A DNA stretch of 64,000 nucleotides, from the IMG/VR virus record IMGVR_UViG_3300046615_000115, positions 1 to 64,000 of that record; one strand, given 5' to 3'. A program made the position numbers and the translations under genes. A model generated the notes under the pieces. The model did not search any database. It worked only from the letters and a program-made list of their open reading frames with translations, and had not been told where the DNA came from. This stretch comes from a virus (lineage: Duplodnaviria; Caudoviricetes). Positions within the stretch are counted from its first letter, which is position 1, and the number at the start of each line of letters is the position of its first letter. Of this stretch, positions 63,362-64,000 are shown one piece after another.

Positions 63362-63999
63362 TAATCCTCCATAAGACCAAGCTCTTGTAAGTGATCTTCA
63401 CAATATTTTGGCCAGAAGCCGTAGTAGTCAAAATGGGCTTTATATGAAACTATCGCAGCTTCTTTCTCAGAGTCATGTCTTTTTAGCCAAATCTGCTTAC
63501 CGTCTTCATCTAAAATGAATGCAGTCCACTTATCCTTGGTCTTGTGATAACAAACACCACGATATTTAGAGGATGTGTCATCAGACTTTCTTTTATTTCT
63601 TAGATTTACTTTCCGAGGAACCCAACGGCAATTTTCTTTGCAGTAATTACCATTATTGTCTTCCCTATCAAGATCATAACCTTTGACATAGGTGGGGAAC
63701 ATGTCTTCAATAAACTGTTTAGGTGTTTCAGACCAATCTTCACTCACAGATATGCCACGTCCACCGTAATTGTGGAAATCTGCATAATCTGGATTTGTAC
63801 AACGCCTAATCATATCTGACCAAGCTTGGTACAGCGGGTGTTTTGTTAGCCCGTGTGTGGTATTAGCTTCTGCAAGTGCTTTCAACCGATAACAGCCACA
63901 AGAAACAACCTTACCAGATTTTACATCTGAAAGATTAGGAGTTGTTGATTTACCACATTCACAGACACAAACAGCAACCTTCTTACGATAAGTACCAAA
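63361..63999 (-). CDS. HNH + AP2 homing endonuclease (5'-truncated by window edge)
   Basis: Frame open to the window end: CVCECG..SCGC, NYGGRGISV, LDREDNNGNYCKENCRW, SKYRGV. Confidence 0.85.
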   Translation of the reverse strand, partial: FGTYRKKVAVCVCECGKSTTPNLSDVKSGKVVSCGCYRLKALAEANTTHGLTKHPLYQAWSDMIRRCTNPDYADFHNYGGRGISVSEDWSETPKQFIEDMFPTYVKGYDLDREDNNGNYCKENCRWVPRKVNLRNKRKSDDTSSKYRGVCYHKTKDKWTAFILDEDGKQIWLKRHDSEKEAAIVSYKAHFDYYGFWPKYCEDHLQELGLMED

Positions 64000-64000
64000 G

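Noticed and set aside
22192-63999. Group I introns or inteins around endonuclease genes
   Set aside because: Flanking genes (PolB, NrdJ, capsid, portal, baseplate) read intact; no intron core or intein ends recognised
1-64000. tRNA, CRISPR array, integrase/repressor
   Set aside because: None recognised by eye; tRNAscan-SE and a CRISPR finder would confirm

Overview
64 kb of a lytic, contractile-tailed (myovirus-type) dsDNA phage genome. No integrase, repressor, tRNA or CRISPR array was recognised. The host is probably a Gammaproteobacterium (spanins, SAR endolysin, sigma70 promoters, B12-dependent RNR); Pseudomonas is plausible but unverified. Layout: (1) 1-636 non-coding end region; (2) 637-15560 leftward early region of about 50 small ORFs in terminator/promoter modules, with a 2OG-Fe(II) dioxygenase-like gene and a 441-aa protein that keeps PolA/T7-RNAP-superfamily catalytic motifs; (3) divergent promoters at 15588-15736; (4) 15774-37327 rightward replication and nucleotide metabolism genes (primase-helicase, family B polymerase, SSB, exonuclease, HNH, phosphoesterase, dUTPase, ThyX, NrdJ); (5) 37980-64000 leftward late operon from portal through head, sheath, three tube paralogues, tape measure, baseplate and fibre to the lysis cassette. 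Eight free-standing homing-endonuclease-like genes are interspersed. The strongest novelty candidate is the second, PolA-superfamily polymerase (12475-13800) with a repeat-bearing upstream region. All family calls come from motif recognition by eye, not database searches.
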